DNA from: Phoronis australis
Taxonomy: Eukaryota > Animalia > Phoronida
DNA: 64,000 nucleotides
Assembly: GCA_002633005.1 (NCBI GenBank)
Contig: NMRA01000044.1
Coordinates: 198,182-262,181 of the forward strand
Direction of reading: 5' to 3'
The translations under genes and the position numbers were made by a program. The number at the start of each line of letters is the position of its first letter. Within the stretch, counting starts at the first letter, position 1. The notes beneath the pieces are model-generated. The model had not been told where the DNA came from, made no database searches, and was given only the letters and a program-made list of their open reading frames with translations. Below, piece by piece: positions 12,501-23,524 of this stretch.

Positions 12501-15500
12501 TTATAGGATGAGAATAATTCATTTTGAAACAGAAAGCAGAATAATAAGCATCTACGTGGCAACTCGCCCACTGCCAATCCCGACTTAGTCAAGAGCTCAT
12601 TCGACGAAGACTTCATGGGTCGGATCGTTAGGTTTCACAGGCTATCAGTTCGAACCGGAATACACTGATCAAGAATTACTAGAGGCGCCGTGAACATGCA
12701 TAGGCAACGGAACATATTGATAGTTCTTTGTCAGAGAAATCACCGTCAACAAAATGCCGGCCACAGACACAGAGATGTTTCACGGCCTCATACTTGCTAT
12801 TAACAGCATACCTTTCATTCTTCACTACGGCGAGCCACTTCCTAAGCAATAAGGGCTCTCGAGGAAGTCGAAAAAACAATATACCTGCTTTCTTCGCAGC
12901 TTCATAGTTCAGACAAGCGGGAACCGATGCACTGCAATATAGCGGCATTCACTCTGCAGACGAACCACTGACGTCGCTGCGTCATTTCTCACCTTCCTCA
13001 CAGGTTGACACGACACCTCTCGGCAAGGTGAGGTCGACCGTATAAGAGGCGATGTGGATATAGACCGATTAAGACGGTAAAAAAGACTAATTAAATCGGG
13101 TGGCATTATCCTTTAATTGGGGCTTTTATTTCATCTCAATTTGTAGGTGAGGTTTTTTATTGTCAGGATGCCTTTACTGTGTCATTCCTTCTATTTTTTA
13201 TCATGAAATCATCGAATGTTTTGTTTGTTGTCACTATATTTAAAAGCTAAAAATTTATTCCATTTTTTGAAATGAATATTTTCTGAAACAGTTTCCAATG
13301 ACAATTATTACATTACCAGTTTAACATTCCTAAACACGCTCTGTAACTCTATCATAAAATGTTGCGCACAAAGCACTTGAAGTTGTGGTGTGTTTTTTGA
13401 ACAAACAAACAGCTCATAGTGACCATCTGATCCGAGTGTCGCTTCATCTTACGATGGTGCGTGTGCACGAGGTCAAGAGTGCTGTGGAGAGGTGTTTTCG
13501 TAAACACTGAAACGAAACAGTGACTGTTTACGTTTCACAAGTTCATAAATAGCACGGTTTCTGCTGTTAATTATTTTATGGTTGAGAACTCATTAGTCTG
13601 AAATTAATTTATACATACCAATCTGTTTGAATTGGTAGTCTCTGTATAATTTATCTGTATTCTTCGTAGGATTGGTAGTCTGTATAATTTATCTGTATTC
13701 TTCGTAGGATTGGTAGTCTCTGTATAATGTATCTGTATTCTTCGTAGGATTGGTAGTCTCTGTATAATTTATCTGTATTCTTCGTAGGATTGGTAGTCTC
13801 TGTATAATTTATCTGTATTCTTCGTAGGATTGGTAGTCTCTGTATAATTTATCTGTATTCTTCGTAGGATCGACAAGAAAAAGAGGAACGTAGCTTAAAG
13901 AAGAAGAAAACCGAAGAGCATCTCAGTAAGTCTATTTTGACAAAGCTGATGATGTGGGGTCTGAAACTTCGAGGACACACTCTAGCTGCCCCTTTTAGCG
14001 CCACCTATTAAGTGCTAGTAAAAATCACCCGAGTTCAAAATGTTGAAGTCTTTTTCCTTCAGTTGTTGAATCAGAAGTGACACCATTCTGTCTGCAAGTT
14101 ACCGTGAGTCTAGTCTACTTGTGTTGAACAATTTACTGACAAAGGGATTCTCTTTCTGTTCTAGATAAATCTTTGGAAGCCAACGGTGAGAAATCCTCCC
14201 CATCAACTCACAAAGAAAAACACAAAGAGAAGAAAAAGGTAGGTAACTCTGCCCAGGCTGTTAAACCTTTATAAAAAGGTAGGTAACTCAGCCGAAACTG
14301 TTAAACCTTTATAAACCCACCATCTAAGACAATGACTAACTTCTAATTTACACCGCTCACTGTATGTTTTCTTATTCAGATTAGAAATAAATTGTGAAGA
14401 ACTGCTTGTTCATAATCAATCATTTCCTCATGACAACTTGCAGAGCCTGGTTTCTTGCAATTGTGACCTGTCAATTGTTTTATGCAATTTACTGTAATCA
14501 AGTTCACTGCAAACTGGGAATAATAATTCAATGGAATTGCTGTGGAAGAGTTGCTTGTAACGAATGTGGTGACCATTTTAGCAATTATAGATTATGAAGT
14601 TGTGTCCCCTGATTGTCTGTGTGTGCTGGGGGTCTGAACAAAGGCTTGTCAAGTTTGTAAGTGTTCGCGATCCACATTAATGCTTTTTGGTTTTCTTTTA
14701 CAGGAGTCGAAAGAGAAGGAGCGAGATCGCAAATCAGAAAAGCAGTATCCTTGACCTGTGTTTCAAATCATTTGGTTGAATTTGACTTTTGCAATATTAT
14801 GAAAATTATTGATTTAAAGCTATTCTAACTACTGTGCCATGTTGGCCAGTCCATTTACCATGTTGGGCGGTCCATGTGCCATGTTGGGCGGTCCATGTGC
14901 CATGTTGGGCGGTCCATGCACTATGTTGGGTGGTCCATGTACCATGTTGGGCGGTCCATGTGCCATGTTGGGCTGTCCGTGTAGCATGTTGAGCGGTCCA
15001 TGTACCATGTTCGGCTTTTGTTGAGCCATGTTTGTGAGTCGGTGAATTCAGTTTATCCGGTCTGTGAGTCGCGTTTACATGTGACGAACTATGGTTGAGT
15101 GCTGGGCAACCTCTTCAGTTAGCCATAGTCTCACTTATTTGGTTTCATTAGCAGCAAAGTGTGGCTACAACATACTGGTGATTGGTGTTAAGTGAATGTG
15201 TCTCAGTAGATACTGAATCTTGTCTATGATAATGTGCTTTTTTGGTGTCCCAGGATAATAAATTTATTACAAAGAAGTGCCAGGATCATGCTTCAAATGT
15301 TTTACATCTAATCTTTGGTTCACATCTACGAAGGATTGAAGATCACTGGGGGTGCTGTAATGAACTTCACATGGCTAACATCCAACAAAAGCTTTATCAA
15401 AAAATCTTCTTTAGAACCTGGTTGGTAAAAGTTCCAATGTAGCTATATGAATAGAATGGCACCATGCACAATATACCAACTTTACCTATGATTACCTTAA

Positions 15501-15550
15501 CTACGTCCTTCAGCTCCAGTGGTAGCAAGAAGACCAGGAGTGAAAAATAA
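575..15550 (+). CDS. THOC2: THO complex subunit 2, 3' part (11 exons; 5' exons lie upstream of the window)
   Basis: Phase-consistent exons: 575-662, 1499-1583, 2079-2226, 3095-3345, 5085-5125, 9486-9527, 11321-11380, 13868-13925, 14165-14238, 14704-14744, 15514-15550 (TAA). The first exon, YAGQLKQKKKTWISEGEMHIKD, resembles the end of the conserved Tho2 region (vertebrate YSGQLKSRK..IPENEFHHKD). It is followed by a K/E/R/D/S-rich tail with EAKRRKVE and ends ...SEKH|SSGSKKTRSEK*. AATAAA at 15729-15734. Confidence 0.85.
3903..5019 (+). mobile_element. Helentron-associated interspersed element (HINE/DINE-1-like), non-autonomous, in a THOC2 intron
   Basis: Starts TTTTTATGCTCCCAC with a nearby inverted copy. 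Carries internal degenerate repeats containing CCCCTAGTGGC. Ends with subterminal IR GTGGGCGCA, stem-loop CAACGCT-CA-GCGTTG and CTCTATTGTT. Same architecture and clear similarity to 32014-33270. Confidence 0.7.
5580..5930. repeat. Degenerate minisatellite, unit about 22-24 bp (GTCTGCTGTTAGTTTGGTTGGAC-like)
   Basis: The motif ctgctgttagtttggttggacgt recurs more than 10 times with decay. Confidence 0.85.
10128..10402. mobile_element. MITE-like element with imperfect terminal inverted repeats
   Basis: 5' cctgagttctgtttcctggaaagtgactt versus 3' aagtcatttccatgagacggacttcagg. Related ends occur at about 3415-3645 (ggtctgtttcatgaaaagtgact ... atgaaacagacttcagg). Confidence 0.5.
10499..10540 (-). 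ncRNA. Degenerate minimal type-I hammerhead ribozyme motif (Penelope-like-element type)
   Basis: Minus strand reads TTCA-CTGATAAA-GATCTGG(CAGA)CCAGGTC-GAAA-TG-TC-TGAA: stem I TTCA/TGAA, near-consensus core, 7-bp stem II. It lies inside a perfect 19-bp inverted repeat (10454-10472 / 10673-10691). Confidence 0.55.
11428..13112 (-). mobile_element. Kolobok-type DNA transposon derivative with THAP-domain remnant
   Basis: TTAA target-site duplications at 11424-11427 and 13113-13116. TIRs AGGAGAATGCCACCC / GGGTGGCATTATCCT (1 mismatch). Internal minus-strand THAP ORF. TTAA|AGG...CCT|TTAA termini plus THAP fit the Kolobok superfamily. Confidence 0.75.
12679..12948 (-). pseudogene. THAP (C2CH) zinc-finger DNA-binding domain; truncated transposase remnant
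   Basis: MPLYCSASVPAC...FFRLP...KW...LCVCGRHF..GDF matches the THAP signature C-x-C, FxxP, W, CxxHF. A stop follows RRL, and an AVP-box-like DQCIPV segment is out of frame. Confidence 0.75.
13631..13870 (+). repeat. Six-copy 40-bp tandem repeat containing the THOC2 splice acceptor
   Basis: Unit (G)ATTGGTAGTCTCTGTATAATTTATCTGTATTCTTCGTAG (one copy is 38 bp). Acceptor-like AGs end at 13669, 13707, 13747, 13787, 13827 and 13867. Confidence 0.95.
14233..14315 (+). repeat. Two-copy 40-bp tandem duplication containing the THOC2 splice donor
   Basis: AAAAAG|GTAGGTAACTC...CTGTTAAACCTTTAT occurs at 14233 and 14273; donor GTs at 14239 and 14279. Confidence 0.9.
14745..15513 (+). other. U12-type (minor spliceosome) GT-AG intron, last intron of THOC2
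   Basis: 5' site GTATCCTT (U12 consensus RTATCCTT). Branch point TACCTTAAC at 15493-15501 (consensus TTCCTTAAC), about 10 nt before the CAG acceptor, with no long polypyrimidine tract. Splicing restores the frame. Confidence 0.9.
14834..15031. repeat. 21-bp minisatellite (CCATGTGCCATGTTGGGCGGT), about 9 copies, inside the U12 intron
   Basis: Direct tandem units are visible; they explain the spurious repetitive ORFs 14829-15029 and 14839-15024. Confidence 0.95.
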
Positions 15551-16178
15551 CACGCGTCTGGCGATAGTTTGATACACCATTATTTTGGGATATTATATGT
15601 AGAACAAATTAAGTCTGTTTGACAAGTTTTTATATTTTAATGTAGCCTCACTTTCCTTGTTACTTTAGCAGTTGAAGGTGATATTATGTGCAAGGAATGC
15701 TTATGTAACAGTTATTGTTGCAGTGGTCAATAAATAGAATATGCAAAACATACAGCAAAATTTGTTTTTTGGAGAGTTCATTGTTACATTCTTCCAAATT
15801 ATTTACAGTACACCATAGGATTGCAAAAAAACAAAGACTGCATCGTCATAAACTATAAATATATAGACACAAATAAAAAATAAAACTAATCTTACGGCTA
15901 AACATCTGTACTTTGGTTTTCACAAGGAAATCAAAAAATTCCATGTTTCACAAGACAAAAAATCCAAGTCTAATATAAGGGAAGTCGGAAACTTCGAATC
16001 TCACTGGGAGATGAGGTAAATTCGTTTTCATGTGCTTTTACTCTCTCTAGCTGGTTCCCATTACAGAGAAAGCAGTTATCTTGGCAATGTGCAGAAGTAT
16101 ACTTTTTTGACAAATCTCTCCTTTGGGCAAAAAGAATGCAAAATTGATCGTCCATTTTAAGGGCCAACATTACCGTGT

Positions 16179-16992
16179 CAGTGGCGGATCTAGGATATCA
16201 CAAGGGGGAGCCCAACATTTTGTCCGGCGCAAACTGAACCACGATTGTAGATGCGCATAGCAACGAATGGGGGGAGGTCGGGAGGGGAGTTTGCCCCCCT
16301 CCCGCCCAGGAAATTTTTCTGTTTTTACCTCTAAAAATCAAGCATTTTCCTTGATTCCTGAAGTATTATTCAAGAAAAAAAAAACAGAGAACGTGTCAAA
16401 CAGGAAAACTGAACGTAACAAAGACTTGAACTCACGACCTCACGGTTAGAAATCGCGTGCGTTACCATTACACCACCACGATTTAACTAGTAATCTCATG
16501 CTAAAAGACCTACTTGTTTATGGTCCACAGCGTTTGCGCGCGAAACCTACTTCTTTTCGTAATGCTTATTACACGTTTTGTATTTTGTGCCATGAATTCT
16601 TGACAAATTTGTCGTATTTAAAATAGTTTTCAAATGCCCAAAAGACCAAATCCGTTTTTCGAGTTGGCAATAATGACGGGATTGCTTTGGAAATCGTCTA
16701 AGTTAAGGTTTGACAAAGAGAGTATTGCGAGTTTCTGAGTGATTCACTAAGGCTTCGATTGAAATTCACATCTTACCAGCAGCTTCTGTTTTTTCATCGT
16801 CACTCAGGTTCCATTCTCTTTAAAAAATGAAGTAAATTTTCTTCATTGCACAGTGGAGCAGACGACGAAAACGGAGTCGTAGTGCGCAGCGCCACTGCCG
16901 GTCGCCTGNCGCTCTTACTGTTTTATTTTTTTTTTGCGGCAGCCAAGGGGGGCCCGGGCCCCCTGGGCCCCCCCCCCCTAAATCCGCCTATG
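16179..16992. mobile_element. Non-autonomous TIR element with CAGTGGCGGATC-type ends, containing a tRNA-derived segment
   Basis: 5' CAGTGGCGGATCTAGG...GGGGGAGCCC and 3' GGGCCCCCC..TAAATCCGCCTATG. Related ends at 49887-50063. The minus strand at about 16422-16478 reads GGTGGTGTAATGGTAAC...GAGTTCAAGTC (A/B-box-like). Confidence 0.55.
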
Positions 16993-18071
16993 CGTGTGTG
17001 CCCACAACTCTCTTCAAAATATTGTACCAGGCTTTCTTTGCATAGGTGGATTTAGGGGAGGCCAGGACCCTCTTTGTAGAAATAAAACATGTAGAAATAA
17101 AACAAGTGATGGAGAATTCAACATTTATTCTAAGCACACATAAACAAACATTTACCAAATTAATACAGTAAATCACGAATTTTATAGTAATCAGACGTAG
17201 ATAATTAACCTATCTCGTTAGCAACTGGCACACAACTCTCGTCCCAACAACTCTGCATTCTCAACTATAAAATCAATTATTTCATATCATTATTTGTTAA
17301 AGTACTTTTGATGATCATGTGCAAATCTTCAATCACAATTAATTTTCAACACATTACATAATTAATTCTCATTTAAATTATACAAAAAGGAAATCTTAAC
17401 ACCCAAACAAATCTTTATGTTGAAATTTAGACTTGGTGATGTGACAAAGGTGATTATTGAAACTAACAGCCAGCACTGGTATAGAACTCCACACCAAGAT
17501 GAAACTGCTTTGCATGTGAAGGTAGAAATGTAGTAGTTTCAAAAACGAAAATCACATTAGCCAAGATGAGTCAAAACATAAAACTGGAGACTTAAAAGTT
17601 AAAACCTTAGACATAATTTGTAAGGTAAGAAAAATGAAATCGTAATACACAAGTAATAAGTGTTAATACAATATTATAACAGTTTGTAGGTTAAGTGTAG
17701 AACTACAATAGCTTAATAATCCTGTCATGTGATCATAATTTCACAAAATTTAACCTAAACCATGTTATAAGATTCCAGTACTCCGAAACCACAAATAAAA
17801 GCAATGTTTGACTAACACATTGAAAATTACATTCTACAGAACACTACGATAAAATCTCATCAACTTCATACAAGCAGTTGCCAAAATGCTTTTTTCTCAT
17901 TTCTCAATGGCTTTTAACATTGTTGTAAAAGCACACAATTTTTCAAGATTTTGTTTAGTGGCGGTTGTGAAACAAACCCTGAACACAGAATATGTTTCAT
18001 GGAAAAAATGGTAATTTCACTTGCCGACAATATTTTGTCACAAATTGGTGAGAATTTATGATACTTCTCAT

Positions 18072-21000
18072 TCAGTTAGACTTATTAGGGCGAACAGCAT
18101 CGAGGGCTTTGAAGATGTCCCCATTGGTAGAAATCAGCAACCGTGTCAACCATCCTGCTTCGTCATGGAAACCCATTGCCAACATCTGCTCGCGTGCCTG
18201 TGAAATGTGAGGTTCTGAAATGGCAACAACAAAACTAAAGAATGTGAAGTTTTAAGACAATGGAGCAAAAGGTAAACTTGATATGACATGAACACTATAG
18301 ATAATCTGCAGCGCATCCATTTGAGGACAACAAGTGTCCTGGTCTATCACCTTTTCAGTATTGTTTCAATAACACTAGACTATCCAACACATTTTTTGTA
18401 ACCTGCAGCACAATGCGACTAATTGCTTTCATCATCAGAATTATAAGAATTAGTTGGTATCTCAAAAAATCTAGTGAGAATTTACAATTACTCACATGTG
18501 ACCAACATTTATGGCACTACTACTTTGTATTACTGCTCAAAGATTGGGTCATTACTGATGCAGAAATATTACCAGCTAATTACTACCACTTACCAACAGG
18601 TGGCAGGTCTGGATACAAGTTGGCACCAGAAACTGGTTTTGCAGCTTGTTGTTTCTTTTTGGCCACCCCTCCACTCGTTTTGTCGTGGTCATTCACCATC
18701 GTCCAGTCGTCTTCACCACTTGACCCATCCGCAGATGAACCCATGTTCTAAAATTCAATCATAATGCACTAATTTACTTAAAAACAAATTGCACAAAAAT
18801 ATGGTATGCCATAGTCATAGTTGCCAACTGTACCCCTTTGAGATGTGGCAAACTTTCCCTACAAGCAGGGACTTATACTATGCAATTTACTTCTATTTCT
18901 CGTTTTACGATTACACAAATGCCATCAAGGCGTTTCTGGATGTTGCGGTATGGCCTAGGTCCAGATGTACAGCTTTTCCTTTTCAGATGTTGACAACAAT
19001 GCAATTACATACCAGGCTTACCACTAAATCTAGGGGCCACATCATTTTGTCTCTGAATTTATTTACTTTGGTTTTGGGCCATGTCTTTCAGACGAAGGTG
19101 ACATTTTGAATTCTATATTACAAACAAATGCAAGTGTGACAGTATCATACATGTGTACTGTCAGCTTCTTGTAGACTCCCATGCCACTTACAACAGGTGC
19201 TGTTCAGAAGCTTATACTGGGTACCTGGCAATCAATAAACAAAAGTTGTCGAACTGTGTCTTAAACCAGAATTAGTTCATCATATCAGTCTTGCCTTGAA
19301 CATTCTCCCTCCCTGATCCCCTCCTGCCCCCAATCCTCCCACTTGCCTCTAACACAGATTTACTACTGCTATTCAAACAACTTACCTCTCCTGGATTTGC
19401 AGTCTGTTCCATCTCCACAGCACTGTCTGGGGTCTTAGCATCACTGTTCGAGACTCCCGCTTCTGACTCAGTGGTTGTTGCAGTTTTCTCCTCTGATCCT
19501 GCTGCTCTTTTCTCTTTTTTCTTCTGCTCACCACATCTCTCCCTCTCACCATGGTGCTCAACATCCACTTCCACGTCGATACCTACACACAGGAAAATAC
19601 TATCAATGACGGATTATAAATATTATTGGTGGTAAATTGAAGTGACAAAATCTACCAGAAAACTGAGGTTTATGACACCAGTTCCAAGACAGATTTGGAC
19701 TCAGAATCTCTACAGTCACGGTCCTACAACTTATTAGCAGAGCTAAACCCCAATTAATAAATAACAGAGAATTTTAAACGTGTTAAACTGATAACATCAC
19801 CCATCTTGATTTCATATAATGGCCGGCAGCCAATAGCGAGAATTGCCAATTTGTGATAAAATCGCAAAAACCATGAATTTTCAAGCTTTACACCTCTGGT
19901 TAAAGCTTCAACTTAGAAATGTCTCCCATCCTCCAATAATCCCAAAAATGCAAGTGTGTCCCTATAACTAAGCCAAACACATGTTGCAAGGCTTCAGGGT
20001 GAGAGCATATACGCAAAACATCCCCAGACTTTTGAAGCTCTGAGGGATCACATTCAATTTAGAGCATTGAATTCCAAGTATTAGAAGTATGCACTTCTAA
20101 ATAATTGTAAAAATTGGAACAATACTGTGAAAATATTGAATCACAATTCATATTAACGATATATGACAGCCTCACCTAATGGATCCAACATGGCCGCCAC
20201 TTGTTCGCCCACATTTTTCAGGAAGTCCTTCGGCACATTGCCAGTAAATGGACACTGTGCCGAGGCACCCTCAGCTGGCTTCTCTCCCTCCTGGCTGGTG
20301 GATGGTTGGCTCTCATTGCCAGCAGCCATCTGCTCTTCCCACCATTTTTTGAACCATCCACTTTTACCATTGGAGCAACGTTTCTTTCCCCTGCACCCAC
20401 CAGTCCACGCCGATGGACCTCCAAACCAGGCCCCACGACCCCATCCGTGATGACCCCATCCATGGTGACCTCCCTGGTGACCTCCACGGTATCCATGGTG
20501 ACCGAACATGCTCTATAACGGAGATGCTCAACGTCAAAACAAAAGTAAAATCACGAAAAACTATGCCTATGTCATGTGGGATACAGAAAAAAATGTGTTC
20601 ATTTTGGAAGTTAGAATTGCCTTTCAACGACATACATTTACTGCTTTTTAAAATCTGAACCTAAATTGAAGAAGAACATAACCAAAGCATTTCAGTTACT
20701 TTTTGCACTAAAGCTCTCACATCTTTTGACCTTTGACCAATTAACATAAGGTATGAAACTGATTTCAAATCAATCGTACTCATATTAGAAACTTCTGGGC
20801 TCAAAAGAATAGCCTGTTGACAGGTTTTGAATAAAGCATATTCAATGGTAGCTGTAGCTAAGTTTTAACTTAATTGATTACAAAGTAAATCTTCGCTGAA
20901 GCTGAAACGTACATATAAAGTATTAGGCAACAATCGGGACATGTCCAAATGTCTATCACTGGCATCTGACAGGAATATGTCAATCAAAAGCAATGAACTG

Positions 21001-23390
21001 CACTTAACCCACAGAGTAAAGTCCATGATATCAGGAATCCCAATTTGGTGTGCTTAAAACAATAAAACTGAAGGTTTTTTAAACACATCTATGTGTGATA
21101 AAAGTTATAGCTTACTTTTGCTTTGTTTTTCAAATTTCAACCTTTCATTTTTTTACCAATTAATCCCTGGAATACTTACCCAGAAAGGATGAGAAATACA
21201 GACAAAAGTGTGTTCAGGGTGAATATTTCTGGTCTTACAGCCTTCACACAGATCATAGTCAGGACATTGCTCACACTTGTAGCGGTTCCCATAGATGTCG
21301 CTGTCACAGCCATCACAAGTCACGCCAGGGTGATGAATACCATTGCCACCTTGTGGTTGAGTTTGATCACCACCAGGATTCTTTGTGACTGTAGGAATAT
21401 AACGTTCATCACAAAACTATAAAACAATTTAATTTATAAAATCAAGACAAAAAGGCATGAAATAAACAAAAATCTAGTTTAAAGTTATTGATGCAAAAGT
21501 AAATAAATATTAAGTAATTTAAAATTAACTCAAGCATCAGAAGAGGAACATGTATTCACTAGGTATTGTGTAAGAAACCAACATGGCGGATGTCAAAAGT
21601 GCCTACTCATGCAACCAACAAATGAGTGCAAATAAGTGTTGTCTCCATCCCCAGGAGTAGTTTCTAGAATTGAGCAGAGGAGTTCAAATTCTTCATTTAA
21701 TTTTAGCTCAGATACCAGCGTCTTGTTAAAATCAATTAGTTACCTCTTACAAAGACCTTGAAAATGTCCGCAGTCAAGCAGCCCAGGGCTTGCACTAACT
21801 CCTCATCACTGTCAAAGGCGATATAGTCATCATCACAATCTGTAATAAAAATGATGACATAGTTAATAACAAACACAGATCAGGTACCAATATACTTTTA
21901 AAATTATTCAGCATATAGGATTTTATCTATAACACTTCACTATAACAAATATTTCACTTCACTGAAAGTATCATGTGTTTTAGGACTACATCGCACCATC
22001 GTCACTAAACATTTTTGAACAATTTTTGCTGGGAAGTAGTTAAACTTTTGGAAAAATTAGAAAATTTTGGCAATTGATTTTTTGACATCAGTAAATTGAA
22101 AACTAATTACAGTTTGTAATGCCAAGGAACAGCGATGGACTACTGAAAAAGTGTTCGTTTTACTAAAATAACATCAAGCAACAAACAAAAATGTTTATTT
22201 CAAAACTCATAGGGCCATTGGCCCACAGTTCATTATATTAATAACAGTACGTATACTCTCGCCAATTCATCAAGTACTCATAATTTTGCTCCTAATTGCC
22301 GTTGTTTGTTGAATGAAGGATGCTAATTTCTTAAATCATACATAGAATCTGAACCTAAGGGTGCCATTTTTTGTGGCACTAGATATTTCCATAGGTCTGC
22401 AAGAACAGGGCAATCAAATAAAATGTGCATCTCTTTTTCAATTTCATCGGTGTCACATGCTTTGCCAATTCTTTCTCGTTAAGATTTCTTCTCCCCAACT
22501 CATTCATAAAATGATGCATCGAACACATCAAATTTGCTATTGCAAAATATACTTGATTTGAAGATTGGGAGGCTATCACATAAATACATTTGACATGTTA
22601 ATTCAGTACAGTAAGAATCACATGTATTTGTATTTGCAAGTGAAGACGACCACACTAAAACATATTCCAGCAAACTGGATCAGCACAAGCATGCAAGTTT
22701 GACAGGTAGGCATAAAAGACATTGAAAATTTTTGTGATAATCATTTGAACACCGAAAACTGACATGGTTGTGACCACACACTAGAAGATAAAGTGGCTTT
22801 AAACTCGTCTCTTTATCAGAAAATGGGTATCTGAACATCATCCTCTGGACATGCATATTTGTTCAGCTTGTTGTGTAACAAGAGATTGTATTCTTCTCGG
22901 TCTCAAGGTCATCTGAACTCACGTTTACATTTTGTTCAGTACACGGAGAAGATCTACAAACGTGAGGTGGTTGCGATTATTACATGCCTAACCAAATTTC
23001 AAAGCAAATGCAAAATGTTCATGAATAACTTCAATGACTTGGAAAATACATATAGGCTAAATTATTAATTACCAGCCAGCCTATGAAGATGTCAGAATGT
23101 CATATGCCCACTCAGGCCTAAGTCAGATTACGTAAACTAAACCTTGTCAAACACTTGTGTTCTGCACTATGGTTGATCCTCAAGCACTTGCAAAACGGTA
23201 AACTCCATTTTACTAACTGTTGCTTACCTTTCCAAAACAATCGAAACGTTTTTCCACTAAGACTTGGAAAAACATGGGCCACCTTCTGCGAGAAGTATTC
23301 GAAACTGGACGACACTCCATGGTCAACAACGAAACGGCGTATTTCGGGTTCTTTTCCACCCTCCAAATATGCTTTTACAGTTAGCGACAT
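18072..23390 (-). CDS. SQSTM1: Sequestosome-1 / p62 autophagy receptor (7 exons, 432 aa)
   Basis: Exons (-): 23390-23228, 21839-21744, 21388-21180, 20512-20176, 19582-19386, 18747-18594, 18214-18072; all GT-AG, frame intact, 1299 nt. PB1 domain ([14 protein letters not shown]; acidic OPCA motif [15 protein letters not shown]), ZZ finger ([29 protein letters not shown]), [29 protein letters not shown] (EDDWTMV) and UBA ([18 protein letters not shown]). Confidence 0.97.
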
Positions 23391-23524
23391 CGCTGTTAGA
23401 GTTGAGAACGTTCGTGGTCTGCACTTGTTAACTTAGAAATGCCTGTCCTTTAACGTGATGCACAATTTATCCGTATACTTCAACGATCCAGAACGTTCGA
23501 AAAATCAACGCAATACGAAATGAC

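Noticed and set aside
13631-13870. CRISPR-like array
   Set aside because: The units are contiguous with no unique spacers and the context is a eukaryotic intron; it is a minisatellite.
14829-15029. Repetitive ORFs (HGPPNMA / GGPCAML)
   Set aside because: These are translations of a 21-bp minisatellite inside an intron.
16422-16478. tRNA gene
   Set aside because: Only A/B-box-like remnants, no acceptor stem or cloverleaf, and embedded in a repeat.
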